Position numbers and translations under genes: made by a program
Shown here: piece after piece, positions 38,478 through 48,287 of the stretch
How positions within the stretch are numbered: position 1 is the first letter of the stretch
Layout of the letters: every line of letters starts with the position of its first letter
From: Planctomycetota bacterium
GTDB taxonomy: Bacteria > Planctomycetota > B15-G4
DNA: 64,000 nucleotides
Direction of reading: 5' to 3'
Assembly (NCBI GenBank): GCA_965248575.1
Contig: CBDFJQ010000002.1
Coordinates: 4,064,001 to 4,128,000, forward strand
The notes under the pieces: generated by a model
Seen by the model: only the letters and a program-made list of their open reading frames with translations
Told to the model about the DNA's origin: nothing
Databases searched by the model: none

Positions 38478-39938
38478 GTGACCGAATCACGAGACGCGGT
38501 TCCGCTTGAGCCCGACGTGGAACAGATGGAGAGCATGGGGCGTCAGGCCCTGGCTCGGGTGACGGAACATCTGGCGGCTCTGGCGCAGATGCCAGCTTGT
38601 GGCGATGTGGCAGCTGAGGAGTTGTGCAAGCAACTGGGCCAGGCCGAGAGCCCCGAGCAGGGCACACAGCTGGAGCCGCTTTTGGACTCCCTGTTCGATG
38701 ACTGGATCCCGCGTTCGTTCACGACACCGGGGCCCGGCTATCTGGCGTTCATCCCCGGAGGTGGGGTGTTCGCGTCGGCTCTTGCGGACCTGATCTCTGC
38801 GGGAACGAATCGCTACACCGGGGTCTGGCAAGCGGCACCCGTCCTGGTGCAACTCGAAGCCAACGTGCTGCGTTGGTTCGCCAAATGGATGGGCATGCCG
38901 GGCAGCGCCCGTGGCCTGCTGACGACCGGTGGTTCGCAGGCCAACTTCAGCGCCATCGTATGTGCACGGGAGAGTGTGCTTGGCACGGACTTGCGTGACG
39001 GAGTGTTGTACACCTCATCACAAGCGCATCTGTGTGTCCGCAAGTCGGCTCGCCTGGCGGGCATTCTCCCTGACCGGGTCCGCCTGGTTCCGGTGGATGC
39101 CAACTACCGCATGCGGATGGATGCGCTGGCAGAACTCGTAGCCGAGGATCGCGTGGCGGGACTGCGCCCGTTCTTGGTGGCGTCCTCCGCGGGCACCACC
39201 AACACCGGTGCCGTGGACCCCTTGGAGCAGATCGCTGACTTCTGCGAGCGAGAGCAGATTTGGCACCACGTGGATGGAGCCTACGGTGCGTTCTTCCATT
39301 TGTGCCCTGAGCTACAACCCTTGCTGAAGGGCTTGTCGCGCGCGGACTCCTTGGCGCTCGACCCGCACAAAGGGCTGTTCCTCCCCTATGGTTCGGGTGC
39401 ACTGCTGGTGCGCGATGGCGAAGCCCTGCGGGCTGCCCATGCCGCGACCGCGGAGTATCTGCCACCACCGCCGGGGCACGAGGAGTTCTACGACCCGAGC
39501 CAGTACGGCCCCGAGTTGTCCCGCGGCAATCGTGGCTTGCGGGTCTGGTTGCCACTGCAACTCCACGGGGTAGCGGCCTTCCGTTCGACGCTGCTCGAGA
39601 AGCGCGAGCTCGCCGTGGATGCGGCCCAGCGGGTTGCAGCCCTGCCGGGAGTGGTCATGGATGCGGAACCCCAGCTGTCCCTGTTCGCCTTCCATCTCAG
39701 CTGGCAAGGGGCTGACAAGGATTCCGAGAATCGGGCGACAGAAGACCTCCTGAATGGGGTCAACGCCCGTGGACGGGTCATGATCACCGGTTGCATGGTG
39801 GCGGGCCGTTACCTGGCGCGAGTGTGTGTCCTTTGTTTCCGAACGCACCAGGATCGAGTGGATGCGTGTGTCGAGGACATCGCCGCCGAGGCGGCCAGTC
39901 TCCTGACTGGAAAACGGGTACCCTCTTCGGACCTTTGA
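38478..39938 (+). CDS. Group II PLP-dependent decarboxylase (aromatic-L-amino-acid decarboxylase-like)
   Basis: TTGGSQAN, SSQAH, AGTTNTGAVDP, HVDGAYG and DPHKGL (PLP Lys). Confidence 0.9.
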   Translation: MTESRDAVPLEPDVEQMESMGRQALARVTEHLAALAQMPACGDVAAEELCKQLGQAESPEQGTQLEPLLDSLFDDWIPRSFTTPGPGYLAFIPGGGVFASALADLISAGTNRYTGVWQAAPVLVQLEANVLRWFAKWMGMPGSARGLLTTGGSQANFSAIVCARESVLGTDLRDGVLYTSSQAHLCVRKSARLAGILPDRVRLVPVDANYRMRMDALAELVAEDRVAGLRPFLVASSAGTTNTGAVDPLEQIADFCEREQIWHHVDGAYGAFFHLCPELQPLLKGLSRADSLALDPHKGLFLPYGSGALLVRDGEALRAAHAATAEYLPPPPGHEEFYDPSQYGPELSRGNRGLRVWLPLQLHGVAAFRSTLLEKRELAVDAAQRVAALPGVVMDAEPQLSLFAFHLSWQGADKDSENRATEDLLNGVNARGRVMITGCMVAGRYLARVCVLCFRTHQDRVDACVEDIAAEAASLLTGKRVPSSDL

Positions 39939-39969
39939 CCGGACCCTTGATCGGACATTTGATCGGACC
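39927..39969. repeat. Tandem repeat, about 3.5 x 12 bp (YCGGACMYTTGA)
   Basis: TCGGACCTTTGA, CCGGACCCTTGA, TCGGACATTTGA, TCGGACC; the first unit contains the decarboxylase stop codon. Confidence 0.85.
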
Positions 39970-40025
39970 GACGGACCGAGTCTCCCTCCTCCCCCTCTCT
40001 CTCCCGAGACTTCGGAGTTTCGCCC

Positions 40026-41084
40026 GTGCTTGCTACCCGATTTTCGCGCGCCTTCTGCCTCGCAGCCTTGGCCATGTTGTGCGTCGACAGTGCCCCCCTC
40101 TTGGCCCAGGCGGGCCTGCCCGCCTTGCGCGCGAGCCCCGCAGCGAGTGTCACCCAGACCATTGGCTACACGGACGTGACCGTGAGCTTCCACCGGCCTG
40201 GTGTGAAGGGTCGTGAAGTGTTTGGGGGCCTGGTGTCGTTCGGCCAACTCTGGCGCGTGGGTGCCAACGAAAACACGACCCTCTCGCTGGCGTCGCCTGT
40301 GACCGTCAACGGACAGGACCTGGATGCGGGAACCTATGGGGTACACGTCATCCCGTTTCGCGACAAGGCGTGGACGGTGATCTTCAGCAAGCAGACGAAC
40401 CTTTGGGGCAGTATGGGCTACGCCAAGGAGCAGGACGCCTTGCGCCTTGAGATCGAGCCGGAAGACTCTGCTCTCACCGAACGCATGAACTTCGTCTTCT
40501 CGCCCGTCGACAACGAGCTGTGCGAGCTGCGTCTGGACTGGGCCGAGGTCAGCTTGCTCATGACCCTCCAGGTGGACTTGGACACCTCGCGCTTCTACGC
40601 CACGCGCACGCTGATCGAAGAGAGCGGTGCCGAGGATCCCGCTCTCTTGCAGAGCGCGGCCGAGTGGGCCGTCTCGAAGGGCGAGAGCCTCGAAGACGCA
40701 CTGGCTTGGATCAGCCAGGCCGTGGACCAGAAGAAGACCTTCACGAACCTGGGGATCAAGGCGCAGGTGCTGGAGAAGCTCGGTCGAACCGAAGAGGCCG
40801 CCCCGCTGAAGAAGGAAGCCTGGATGGTGGCCACGGAGGAAGACCTGAGCCGGGTAGGTGGGCAGCTCATGTCCAACCGCATGTACTCCGAGGCCGTTCC
40901 GATCTTCAAGTTGAGCGTGCGCAACAACCCGAAGTCCTGGAAGGCTCACGATCAGCTGGGCGAGGCGAGCCTCAAGTCGGGTGACAGAAACGGCGCCAAG
41001 GCGGCCTACTCCCGCGCGCTCGAGCTGGTGGACGACGAACCCACCCAGAAGCGCCTGCAGAAGGTGATCGACGAGCTCAGCTAG
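40026..41084 (+). CDS. DUF2911 domain protein with C-terminal TPRs
   Basis: Signal peptide; RASPAASVTQTIGYTDVTVSFHRPGVKGR, WRVGANENT and NLWG; TPR-like helices at the C-terminus. Confidence 0.85.
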   Translation: MLATRFSRAFCLAALAMLCVDSAPLLAQAGLPALRASPAASVTQTIGYTDVTVSFHRPGVKGREVFGGLVSFGQLWRVGANENTTLSLASPVTVNGQDLDAGTYGVHVIPFRDKAWTVIFSKQTNLWGSMGYAKEQDALRLEIEPEDSALTERMNFVFSPVDNELCELRLDWAEVSLLMTLQVDLDTSRFYATRTLIEESGAEDPALLQSAAEWAVSKGESLEDALAWISQAVDQKKTFTNLGIKAQVLEKLGRTEEAAPLKKEAWMVATEEDLSRVGGQLMSNRMYSEAVPIFKLSVRNNPKSWKAHDQLGEASLKSGDRNGAKAAYSRALELVDDEPTQKRLQKVIDELS

Positions 41085-41173
41085 CGGAAGCTGGTTGCCC
41101 GGGCAGCTCGCAAGAAGCGGCCGGATCGGGAACGAGGCTGAAGGAAGCTCTTCGCCGTGCCGATGGGAAGTCG

Positions 41174-41677
41174 ATGCTCGTCCTTCGACTCCTCTTCGTG
41201 GCGGCCTTGTTGCCCTATCTCGCCTGGCTGGTGGGCAGCTACGAGTACCACTTCCTGGACCATGTGAACCTGGCCATCCATGAGGCAGGGCACCTGCTCG
41301 CCCGCCCCTTCGGCCAGACGGTTCACATGCTGGGAGGGACGCTGCTCCAGCTGGTGGTGCCGCTGGTGTTCGTGGGCAATTTCTGGTGGCGTCGCCGGCG
41401 GTTCGATGCAGCGATCTGCCTGCTGTGGTTCGCCGAGAGCCTGATGTACACGGCGGCCTATCTGGGCGATGCCTATCTCATGCAGCTACCCCTGGTGGGG
41501 GGCGAGATCCACGATTGGAACTGGATGCTTTCGCGCTTCGGCTTGGTGCACTCCTGCACGAGCATTGCGCAGGGCGTGCACATCGTGGCCAGCCTCACGG
41601 CGCTGGGCAGCGTGCTCGGTGCAGGCTGGGCGGCGCTCGCTGAGCGTTCGTCTCAGCTGTCGGCGTCGAGGGTCTGA
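41174..41677 (+). CDS. Small membrane protein with HExxH (M50-like)
   Basis: IHEAGH, GGTLLQL and HDWNWML; 3' end overlaps the convergent kinase gene. Confidence 0.7.
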   Translation: MLVLRLLFVAALLPYLAWLVGSYEYHFLDHVNLAIHEAGHLLARPFGQTVHMLGGTLLQLVVPLVFVGNFWWRRRRFDAAICLLWFAESLMYTAAYLGDAYLMQLPLVGGEIHDWNWMLSRFGLVHSCTSIAQGVHIVASLTALGSVLGAGWAALAERSSQLSASRV

Positions 41678-44229
41678 CGCGGGCGAGGCGCCAGTTGCTC
41701 GCGGGCCCAGTGGGCATCGCCTTTCCGTTGCAACAGGTCGGAGAGGCTTGCCAACTCGATGAGCGCCCGGCGCGTCTTGTCGTTCTCGATGCCGATCGTG
41801 CTGAGCATTCCTTCGCAGCCCTCGCGCAGGACTTCCTGCGCGCGGCCGTCCCGCTCCACTTCGCGCAGGGCAGCCGAGTGGGTCCACTGGAACAGGAACA
41901 GCACGCCGTTCTCGCTGGGGATGTGGGCCCGCGCACGAAGCAGCAGGTCCCCGAGCAGTTCGTCGGCCTGCTCTGACTCCCCTTGCAGGTGCTTGATGAC
42001 CCCCAAGGTCTGCTGGTTGAGCAAGGTGTCGATGTCGTTCTCGCCCTTGATGCGCAAGGTGCACTCGTAGGTTTCCCGGGCCAGATCCTCCGCCGTGGGC
42101 AGGAGCGCCGGCACGGAACGCATCTCCCAAGCCAGGCGGCCCTTGGCCGAGAGGGTTCGTGGGTGTTCGGCGCCCAACCGCTGCTGCATGCGCATCACCG
42201 ACTGATGGGCGGCCACGGCCAAGGCTTCCGGCTGACCGGCGTCTTCCCCGTTGGTGGCTGAGGGCCAGGTCACCATTTCGAACTCATTCTGGTTCTCGGA
42301 GTCCGACGACATCACGAAGACCTGCCGGTTCCCATGGACTTCCCGGTCGAGTGCCCGTTCCAAGCCGCCAGGGCTCGTTCCTTCGACAGAGTGCCGTGTC
42401 ACGAAGCGCGTGAAGACCCGGTCGGAACTGCGCGTGCTCACGTGGTCTGCCCCATACAGCCGGACGGAGGCCTTGTGGTGGCGCCGAGCCAGGTCGGCAG
42501 CCGCCTCCGTCTCGCCGGCGCTGTTCAGCCAGAACGCCGGCTCCAGGCTGATCTCCAGGAGCTCCTCTATCTCACCCTCGAGATGGGAGTCGAGCGACTC
42601 CTTGACCTTGAGCAGCATGCGCACGCCTTCCTCGGTCTGGCCCTGCGCGGCCAGGACGTGCCCCAACTGGGATTGGACCAGCAGGGTGTCCGGGTGCTCC
42701 TCGCCCAGCACGGACTGGAAATCCAGGACGATGGGTGAGAGGAAGGCCTCGGCCTCCGCGTTCTCTCCCGAGTAGACGAAGGTGGCACCCAGCAGGCCGG
42801 CCGTGCGAAGCGTTTCGGGGTGGAGATCCCCGAGGTTCTCTCGGCGGAGATTCCAGGCGAACTCCAGTTCGCTACGAGCCTCATCGAAGCGGCCATAGCG
42901 CACGAGGGCCGCGCCCATGGCGCTACGGATACGCGCTTCCGCCTCGGGAGAGCTCTTGAGCCCAAACGGCAGGTCGTGGCTGGCCCGCTCCAGGATCTCG
43001 ACGATGGTGGGGGCCGGGTCATTGCCCAGCGAGGCCAGGCGCACACCCTCCGGATCCGAGGGCGCCGCAGACTGCAACAGCTCCTCGAAGTAGCCGCTGA
43101 CCGTCTCCGCTGTGGCTGCCTGGTTCTCGGCAACCAGGCGTGCGTCGACGGCCTCCTGGCGTGCAGACTCCGCGATCGCGCGATGGTGCTCCGCCTTCTG
43201 CCAGAAGGTGAAGGACACCAGGAAGCCCGCCGTGATCACGAGCAAGAAGGCGGCTGCGACGGCCATGGAGATGCGGTGCCGCTGGAAGTGCTTGCCGAGC
43301 AGATACCAGGTGGAATCGCGCTTCGCTTGGATCGGATCGCCAGCGAGGTAGCTCTCGACGTCGCGGGCCAGCTCGCCGGACGTCTGGTAGCGACGGTCGG
43401 GGTCCTTGGCCAGGCACATCAACATCATGGTTTCGACTTCGTCGTCGATGTCGCTCCGCAGGCTGCGGGGGCGAATGGGTGTTGCGCTGCCGATGCGCTC
43501 CAACACGTCACGCAAGTTGCCGGTGACGTCGTACGGGAACCGCCCCGTGAGCATCTGGAACAGGATCACCCCCAGCGCATAGACGTCGCTGCGGACGTCG
43601 ACCAGGCTGGGGGCGTCGGCCTGCTCTGGCGACGACCAGGGGATGGAGCCGACGAACTGCCCCGTCATGGTCATCATGGGGGCGTCTTCTTCTTCGACCT
43701 TGGCCAAGCCGAAGTCGAGGATGTGCGGTTGACCGTCCTCGTCGATGAGGATGTTGCCGGGCTTGATGTCTCGATGGATGACACCGCGCACATGGGCCGC
43801 CTGGATGGCGCTGCAGATATCCGCGAAGAGCGCGAGCGTGTCGGGGATCGAATGCTCTGCCCCAGCCGTGAACACGTCCAGGGGCTGGCCGTGGATGTAG
43901 TCCATCACGAAGTAGAAGCTGCCGGAGCTCGAGCCGGTGTCCAGGATGGAGACGATGTTGGGGTGCTGCAGCTGGGCCAGGACCTTCACCTCGCGGTCGA
44001 AGCGCGCCCGGTCAACTTCCCCGGCATGGGGGCCTTCGCGCATGACCTTCACCGCGACGCTCTGCCCTGTGGATTCCTGCACGGCGCGATAGACCACGCC
44101 CTGGGCTCCCCGGTGGATCTCGCTGAGGAGCCTGTAGCCCTTGATCTCAGCCATGGTGGTCGGGGTGGTGCGAGGGATGGCGTCGATCTCGCGACGCGCC
44201 ATGTCGATCAGCTTGCTTTCGTCATCCAT
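41653..44229 (-). CDS. Ser/Thr protein kinase with TM and TPR-like repeats
   Basis: HRGAQGVV, VAVK, HRDIKPGN, DFG and SPE; TM near residues 320-343; LGxxHPxTL repeats. Confidence 0.92.
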   Translation of the reverse strand: MDDESKLIDMARREIDAIPRTTPTTMAEIKGYRLLSEIHRGAQGVVYRAVQESTGQSVAVKVMREGPHAGEVDRARFDREVKVLAQLQHPNIVSILDTGSSSGSFYFVMDYIHGQPLDVFTAGAEHSIPDTLALFADICSAIQAAHVRGVIHRDIKPGNILIDEDGQPHILDFGLAKVEEEDAPMMTMTGQFVGSIPWSSPEQADAPSLVDVRSDVYALGVILFQMLTGRFPYDVTGNLRDVLERIGSATPIRPRSLRSDIDDEVETMMLMCLAKDPDRRYQTSGELARDVESYLAGDPIQAKRDSTWYLLGKHFQRHRISMAVAAAFLLVITAGFLVSFTFWQKAEHHRAIAESARQEAVDARLVAENQAATAETVSGYFEELLQSAAPSDPEGVRLASLGNDPAPTIVEILERASHDLPFGLKSSPEAEARIRSAMGAALVRYGRFDEARSELEFAWNLRRENLGDLHPETLRTAGLLGATFVYSGENAEAEAFLSPIVLDFQSVLGEEHPDTLLVQSQLGHVLAAQGQTEEGVRMLLKVKESLDSHLEGEIEELLEISLEPAFWLNSAGETEAAADLARRHHKASVRLYGADHVSTRSSDRVFTRFVTRHSVEGTSPGGLERALDREVHGNRQVFVMSSDSENQNEFEMVTWPSATNGEDAGQPEALAVAAHQSVMRMQQRLGAEHPRTLSAKGRLAWEMRSVPALLPTAEDLARETYECTLRIKGENDIDTLLNQQTLGVIKHLQGESEQADELLGDLLLRARAHIPSENGVLFLFQWTHSAALREVERDGRAQEVLREGCEGMLSTIGIENDKTRRALIELASLSDLLQRKGDAHWAREQLAPRPRQTLDADS

Positions 44230-44311
44230 GGTGCTGCTCCTACTGGGTCCGCCGGCGGCTTCGTCGGCGGGTCTTCACCGGGTTTACAGGGGGGCTGGTG
44301 TCGTGGTTCTG

Positions 44312-44962
44312 CTAGGTGTGTGAGCCCAGCATGCGGCTGCGTGGGCCGAGGTTCTCTCTCAGGCGATCGTGGGCCCGGGCGCGCAACATGTAGATGGCAC
44401 CAGGCGACTTTCCCAACTGCCTGGCGACCGCTTCGACGGATTCGCCGTTGAGGTCGACGTGTTGCACGGCGAGTCGATAGCTCTCCGGCAAGCGCTCAAG
44501 AGCTTCTTTCAACAGGCTCTCCGCCTCCCGTGCCACGGCGTCCCGGCTGGCGGTGTGGCTGATGCAGCCGATGCGGTCGAGGAACTCCACCGTGGATTCG
44601 GGGTTGCCCGGGTTGCCGTCTTGGGAGAGCGCCTGGCGCGGGTCGGGGCGCTTGCGTCGCTGCAGGGACTTGATGGCATCGCGCAGGTTGTTCTCGGCAA
44701 CGCTGCGCATCCAAGAGCGAAAGCCGGACACGGTCTGGTTCTCGAGACGGTGGACCCGTAGGAACACCTCCATGTAGGTCGTCTGCATGACATCGTCGGC
44801 GTCGAGCGATGTGCGCCACGCGTTCCCGATCTGCAGACCGCCCCGAACGCCCGGGCCCACGAATTCCAGCAGCTTGACCAAGGCCTCCCGGTCCCCCTCA
44901 ACGCAGCTCACGACGAGCTCATCCCCAAGCAGGATGTCGGCTTGCTTGTTGCTCATGCTCAT
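44312..44962 (-). CDS. ECF-type RNA polymerase sigma factor
   Basis: GDREAL, DADDVMQ, FRSWMRSVAENNLRD, ALERLPESYR and VARQLGKSPGAIYMLRARA; start uncertain (44956/44962; frame open to 45301). Confidence 0.9.
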   Translation of the reverse strand: MSMSNKQADILLGDELVVSCVEGDREALVKLLEFVGPGVRGGLQIGNAWRTSLDADDVMQTTYMEVFLRVHRLENQTVSGFRSWMRSVAENNLRDAIKSLQRRKRPDPRQALSQDGNPGNPESTVEFLDRIGCISHTASRDAVAREAESLLKEALERLPESYRLAVQHVDLNGESVEAVARQLGKSPGAIYMLRARAHDRLRENLGPRSRMLGSHT

Positions 44963-45368
44963 GGAGGGGGAGGGGCCCAAGAAGATTTCGGGTCGAGGGA
45001 GGGGAGAAACGGGAGCCGGCTGCAAGCTGGGGGTCGCTGCGTGTCGATTGCCAGCAGCCAGCCCGACTCCATGATGCCCTCTCAAGGCGTAGCGGTCCGC
45101 CAAACTGTTGGATGGCGCAGGGGCGGCGGAGTTCAGGGTGACGCCGGGCCGTTGGGCCACTGCGCGCTGCGCGAACAAGGGACGAGGCCCGTACCCCGGT
45201 GCGGGAAAGGGCACGAGCCTCGGCCGGCGTCCCATTCGCACTTCCGGCCCTGATGCGGTGGGTGCCGCGGGCAGTGGAAGCGCGAAAGTCTGGGTTGCCA
45301 TACCCCACTGGGCGACGTTTTGCGGCCTGCCTCACGGAAGAATCCAAAATTCTCCCGGACGGCCTGCC

Positions 45369-48287
45369 ATGCCGGATATCTTTTCCCCTTCGGCCTTTAG
45401 AGGCCGAATTCGCGGGATCGCTGCTTCCTGCGGACGGGCCTCCTTCTCAGCGGGTCTCAGCGTGGTCGAGGACAACCAAGGGTCGGATCCATCCAACGAG
45501 GAGAGCCAATCTGCCCGGCCGGGTGATGCGGCTGGCCGCTCGACGCTCTCCTTCGAGGAAGGGGTCCGGATCGGCGACCTCGTGCTGGAGTGGGAGCTGG
45601 GCCGGGGCGGGCAAGCCGTGGTCTTTGCTGCTCGCCAAGAGACCTTGGACCGCCGGGTCGCCGTCAAGATCCTGTCCCGGGACTTCGTCAATAGCGAGGA
45701 GCAGGCCGGGCGCTTCCGGCGCGAAGCCGAGGCCACCGGACGACTGAGCCACCCGAACATCGTCGCGGTCTACGAGTACCGTGAGTTCGAGGGGCACCCC
45801 TTCATCGTCGAGGAGCTGGTCCCGGGCTCGAGCCTGGCCGATGTCCTCGAAGAGCGCTGGAAGCGCCTGCAGGAGATCGACCAGGTCTACTGCGAATGGG
45901 TGGCGCAGATCGTCTTGCAGCTGGCCAACGCTCTGCAGCACGCGCATGAGCACAAGATCGTGCACCGGGACATGAAGCCGGACAACGTGCTGATGACCAA
46001 GGAAGGGGTGCCCAAGATCGCCGACTTCGGCCTGGCGAAGCTGGAGGACAAGGCGGGTCTCTCCATCTCGGGCACGATCCTCGGTACGCCGTACTACATG
46101 AGCCCCGAGCAGGTGGACACGGGCGACGGTGGCGGCGTCGACGCGCGGTCCGATGTGTACAGCCTGGGCGCCACGCTCTTCCGCATGCTCACGGATCGAG
46201 TGCCGGTCAAGTCGCGGAACCTTGAGGGGATCCTGCTCGACATCCTGCACCGGACCCCGACCCCGCCACGCAACATCCAGCCTGGCATCCACCGGGACCT
46301 GGAGGCCGTCTGCCTCAAAGCCTTGGAGAAGGCGCCGAAGAACCGCTACCAGTCCGCAGCCGAGATGGCAGAGGATTTGCAGCGCTTCCTCAGCCGGGAA
46401 CCCACGCACGCTCGTCCGGTCAGCGGTGTGGTGAAAGTCGTGCGCGTGCTTTCGCGCATGGCCACGTCGACCTTGAGCGTGTTGGCCTTGCTGGTGCCTA
46501 CGCTCTGGCTGCTCGCCGACGTGTTCCTGCTCTCTCCGCTGGGAACCGAATCCACTGCCATCGTCAGCATGCGCATCGGCGTCGTGGCGCTGGCCTCCGC
46601 ACTTCTGGCGTGGCCGCTGTCCCTGCTGGCCATCCGCTGGAGTGGTGGGCGGCACTGGACCGTGGCCTTGACGACCCTCGCGGCCGTTGGGCTCGGGTCC
46701 GTGGCAGCCTGGAATGTGCTCGACGAACGCATGCATCGGCAACACCTGCAGGCTCGGGATGCCCTGAGCCTGAACGTGGCACTGGCCGACCGGCGCGATG
46801 TGGACGATGTCCTCAACTACATCGAAGCGTGGGGTGATCGTTTCGAGGACGACGACTTGTTCCTGGTAGCTCGGGCCTACCTGGAGCGAGGGCGTGGCGG
46901 TGAGGCCGAGCAGTGGGTTCGCCGCGGCCAGAAGGAGACCACGGCGCCCGTTTACACGGCGCTGCTCGAGGCGGTGGTGTATTCCACTGGCTCCGGTGCT
47001 GGTGCGGGGTCTTCTGAAGTGTTCGAGCTGGCACCGGAGAGTACCGGCTGGACGGAATGGAAGCGGATCGGCGACGTGTTCCGGCTGATGGGTCGGACGA
47101 GCGAGGCTCGCAAGGCCTACGAACATGCGGGTTCCTCGCAGGGAGCCGACCGGGACCTGGTGAACCTGAGCCTGGCGCGGGTCTTGGCTGACCTCTGTCG
47201 CTGGGAGGCAGCCGGCGAGCGTTTGCGGGACGTCTTGCACTGGCGACCGACCGACCCCGAAGCGAACTTCCTTGCGCGACGCATCGCTTTCGCCAACGAC
47301 GATTGGGAAGCCGCCGAGCACCACGTCCGGGTCTTCGAGCAGAACCCCAAGACACCGCTGCTCGTACGTCTCCAGCGCCGCTATGAACTGATCAGCAAGC
47401 GCAACCAGCACGAAGAGGCAACGGTCTTCCTCAACGCAGCACTGAAGGAATTCGGCGACCAGCCCCAGGTCCTGGAGTGGTGCGCCAATGCCGGCTTCCA
47501 GGCCGCCCATGAACGAGAGGCAGGTCTGGGGCAGCTGGCGGCTGACGGGAAGCTGGATGCCTACACGGCGCGCGTGGAGGAGTTGCGCGAAAGCCTGCTC
47601 GATGTGGAGCGGCGCTATGCGCAGCTTCGCAGTGTCCGAAGTGATTGGGCCGGCGCTGCCAATGGCCTGTCAGCCGTGCACCTGAAGTTGCGCATCTACT
47701 TCCCGGAGAAGGGCGGCGAACATCTGGATCAAGCGGTGAGCTTTGGCGAAGAGGCCATCGAGAAGGATCCGTCGTTCTTTGAATCCCATTACAACCTGGC
47801 ACTCGCGCGCTTCTACCGTGCGATCACGGAGGCTGGCGGCATGGACCAGCTTTCGTCCGAGGCGATGCAGGAGTTCGTGGACGGGATGCGCCTGGCACTC
47901 TCGTTCAACAGCCTGCAGCCACAACCCATGAACGACACGGCCGTCATCATGGGCCAGCTGGCGGCGCGCACCGAGGACTCAGGGCTGTTGGCTGAGGGGC
48001 TCGCGCTCGCCGAGCGCGCGGTGCGGATTCGCCAGCCCGACCCGGAGGCGCGCTGCAACACAAACGGCGCTGAGCGCAGTTTCGGCTCTGCTTTGGAAGA
48101 CACCCTGGCGCAGCTCTACGAGCAAGCTGAGCGCCTGCCTGATGCCTTGCACGCCGCACAGCGATCACTGCACGTCCTGCTTGCTGGAGATGCTCAGCGG
48201 GACAAGCGGCAGGCGGCCGTGGACCGTCTCCAGCGCTTGATCAAGGAGAACGATTCCCCGGCTCCGACCCTCATTCCACCAAAGTGA
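45369..48287 (+). CDS. Ser/Thr protein kinase with three TM segments and TPRs
   Basis: GRGGQAVV, VAVK, HRDMKPDN, DFG and GTPYYMSPE; start uncertain (45369 or 45462). Confidence 0.9.
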   Translation: MPDIFSPSAFRGRIRGIAASCGRASFSAGLSVVEDNQGSDPSNEESQSARPGDAAGRSTLSFEEGVRIGDLVLEWELGRGGQAVVFAARQETLDRRVAVKILSRDFVNSEEQAGRFRREAEATGRLSHPNIVAVYEYREFEGHPFIVEELVPGSSLADVLEERWKRLQEIDQVYCEWVAQIVLQLANALQHAHEHKIVHRDMKPDNVLMTKEGVPKIADFGLAKLEDKAGLSISGTILGTPYYMSPEQVDTGDGGGVDARSDVYSLGATLFRMLTDRVPVKSRNLEGILLDILHRTPTPPRNIQPGIHRDLEAVCLKALEKAPKNRYQSAAEMAEDLQRFLSREPTHARPVSGVVKVVRVLSRMATSTLSVLALLVPTLWLLADVFLLSPLGTESTAIVSMRIGVVALASALLAWPLSLLAIRWSGGRHWTVALTTLAAVGLGSVAAWNVLDERMHRQHLQARDALSLNVALADRRDVDDVLNYIEAWGDRFEDDDLFLVARAYLERGRGGEAEQWVRRGQKETTAPVYTALLEAVVYSTGSGAGAGSSEVFELAPESTGWTEWKRIGDVFRLMGRTSEARKAYEHAGSSQGADRDLVNLSLARVLADLCRWEAAGERLRDVLHWRPTDPEANFLARRIAFANDDWEAAEHHVRVFEQNPKTPLLVRLQRRYELISKRNQHEEATVFLNAALKEFGDQPQVLEWCANAGFQAAHEREAGLGQLAADGKLDAYTARVEELRESLLDVERRYAQLRSVRSDWAGAANGLSAVHLKLRIYFPEKGGEHLDQAVSFGEEAIEKDPSFFESHYNLALARFYRAITEAGGMDQLSSEAMQEFVDGMRLALSFNSLQPQPMNDTAVIMGQLAARTEDSGLLAEGLALAERAVRIRQPDPEARCNTNGAERSFGSALEDTLAQLYEQAERLPDALHAAQRSLHVLLAGDAQRDKRQAAVDRLQRLIKENDSPAPTLIPPK

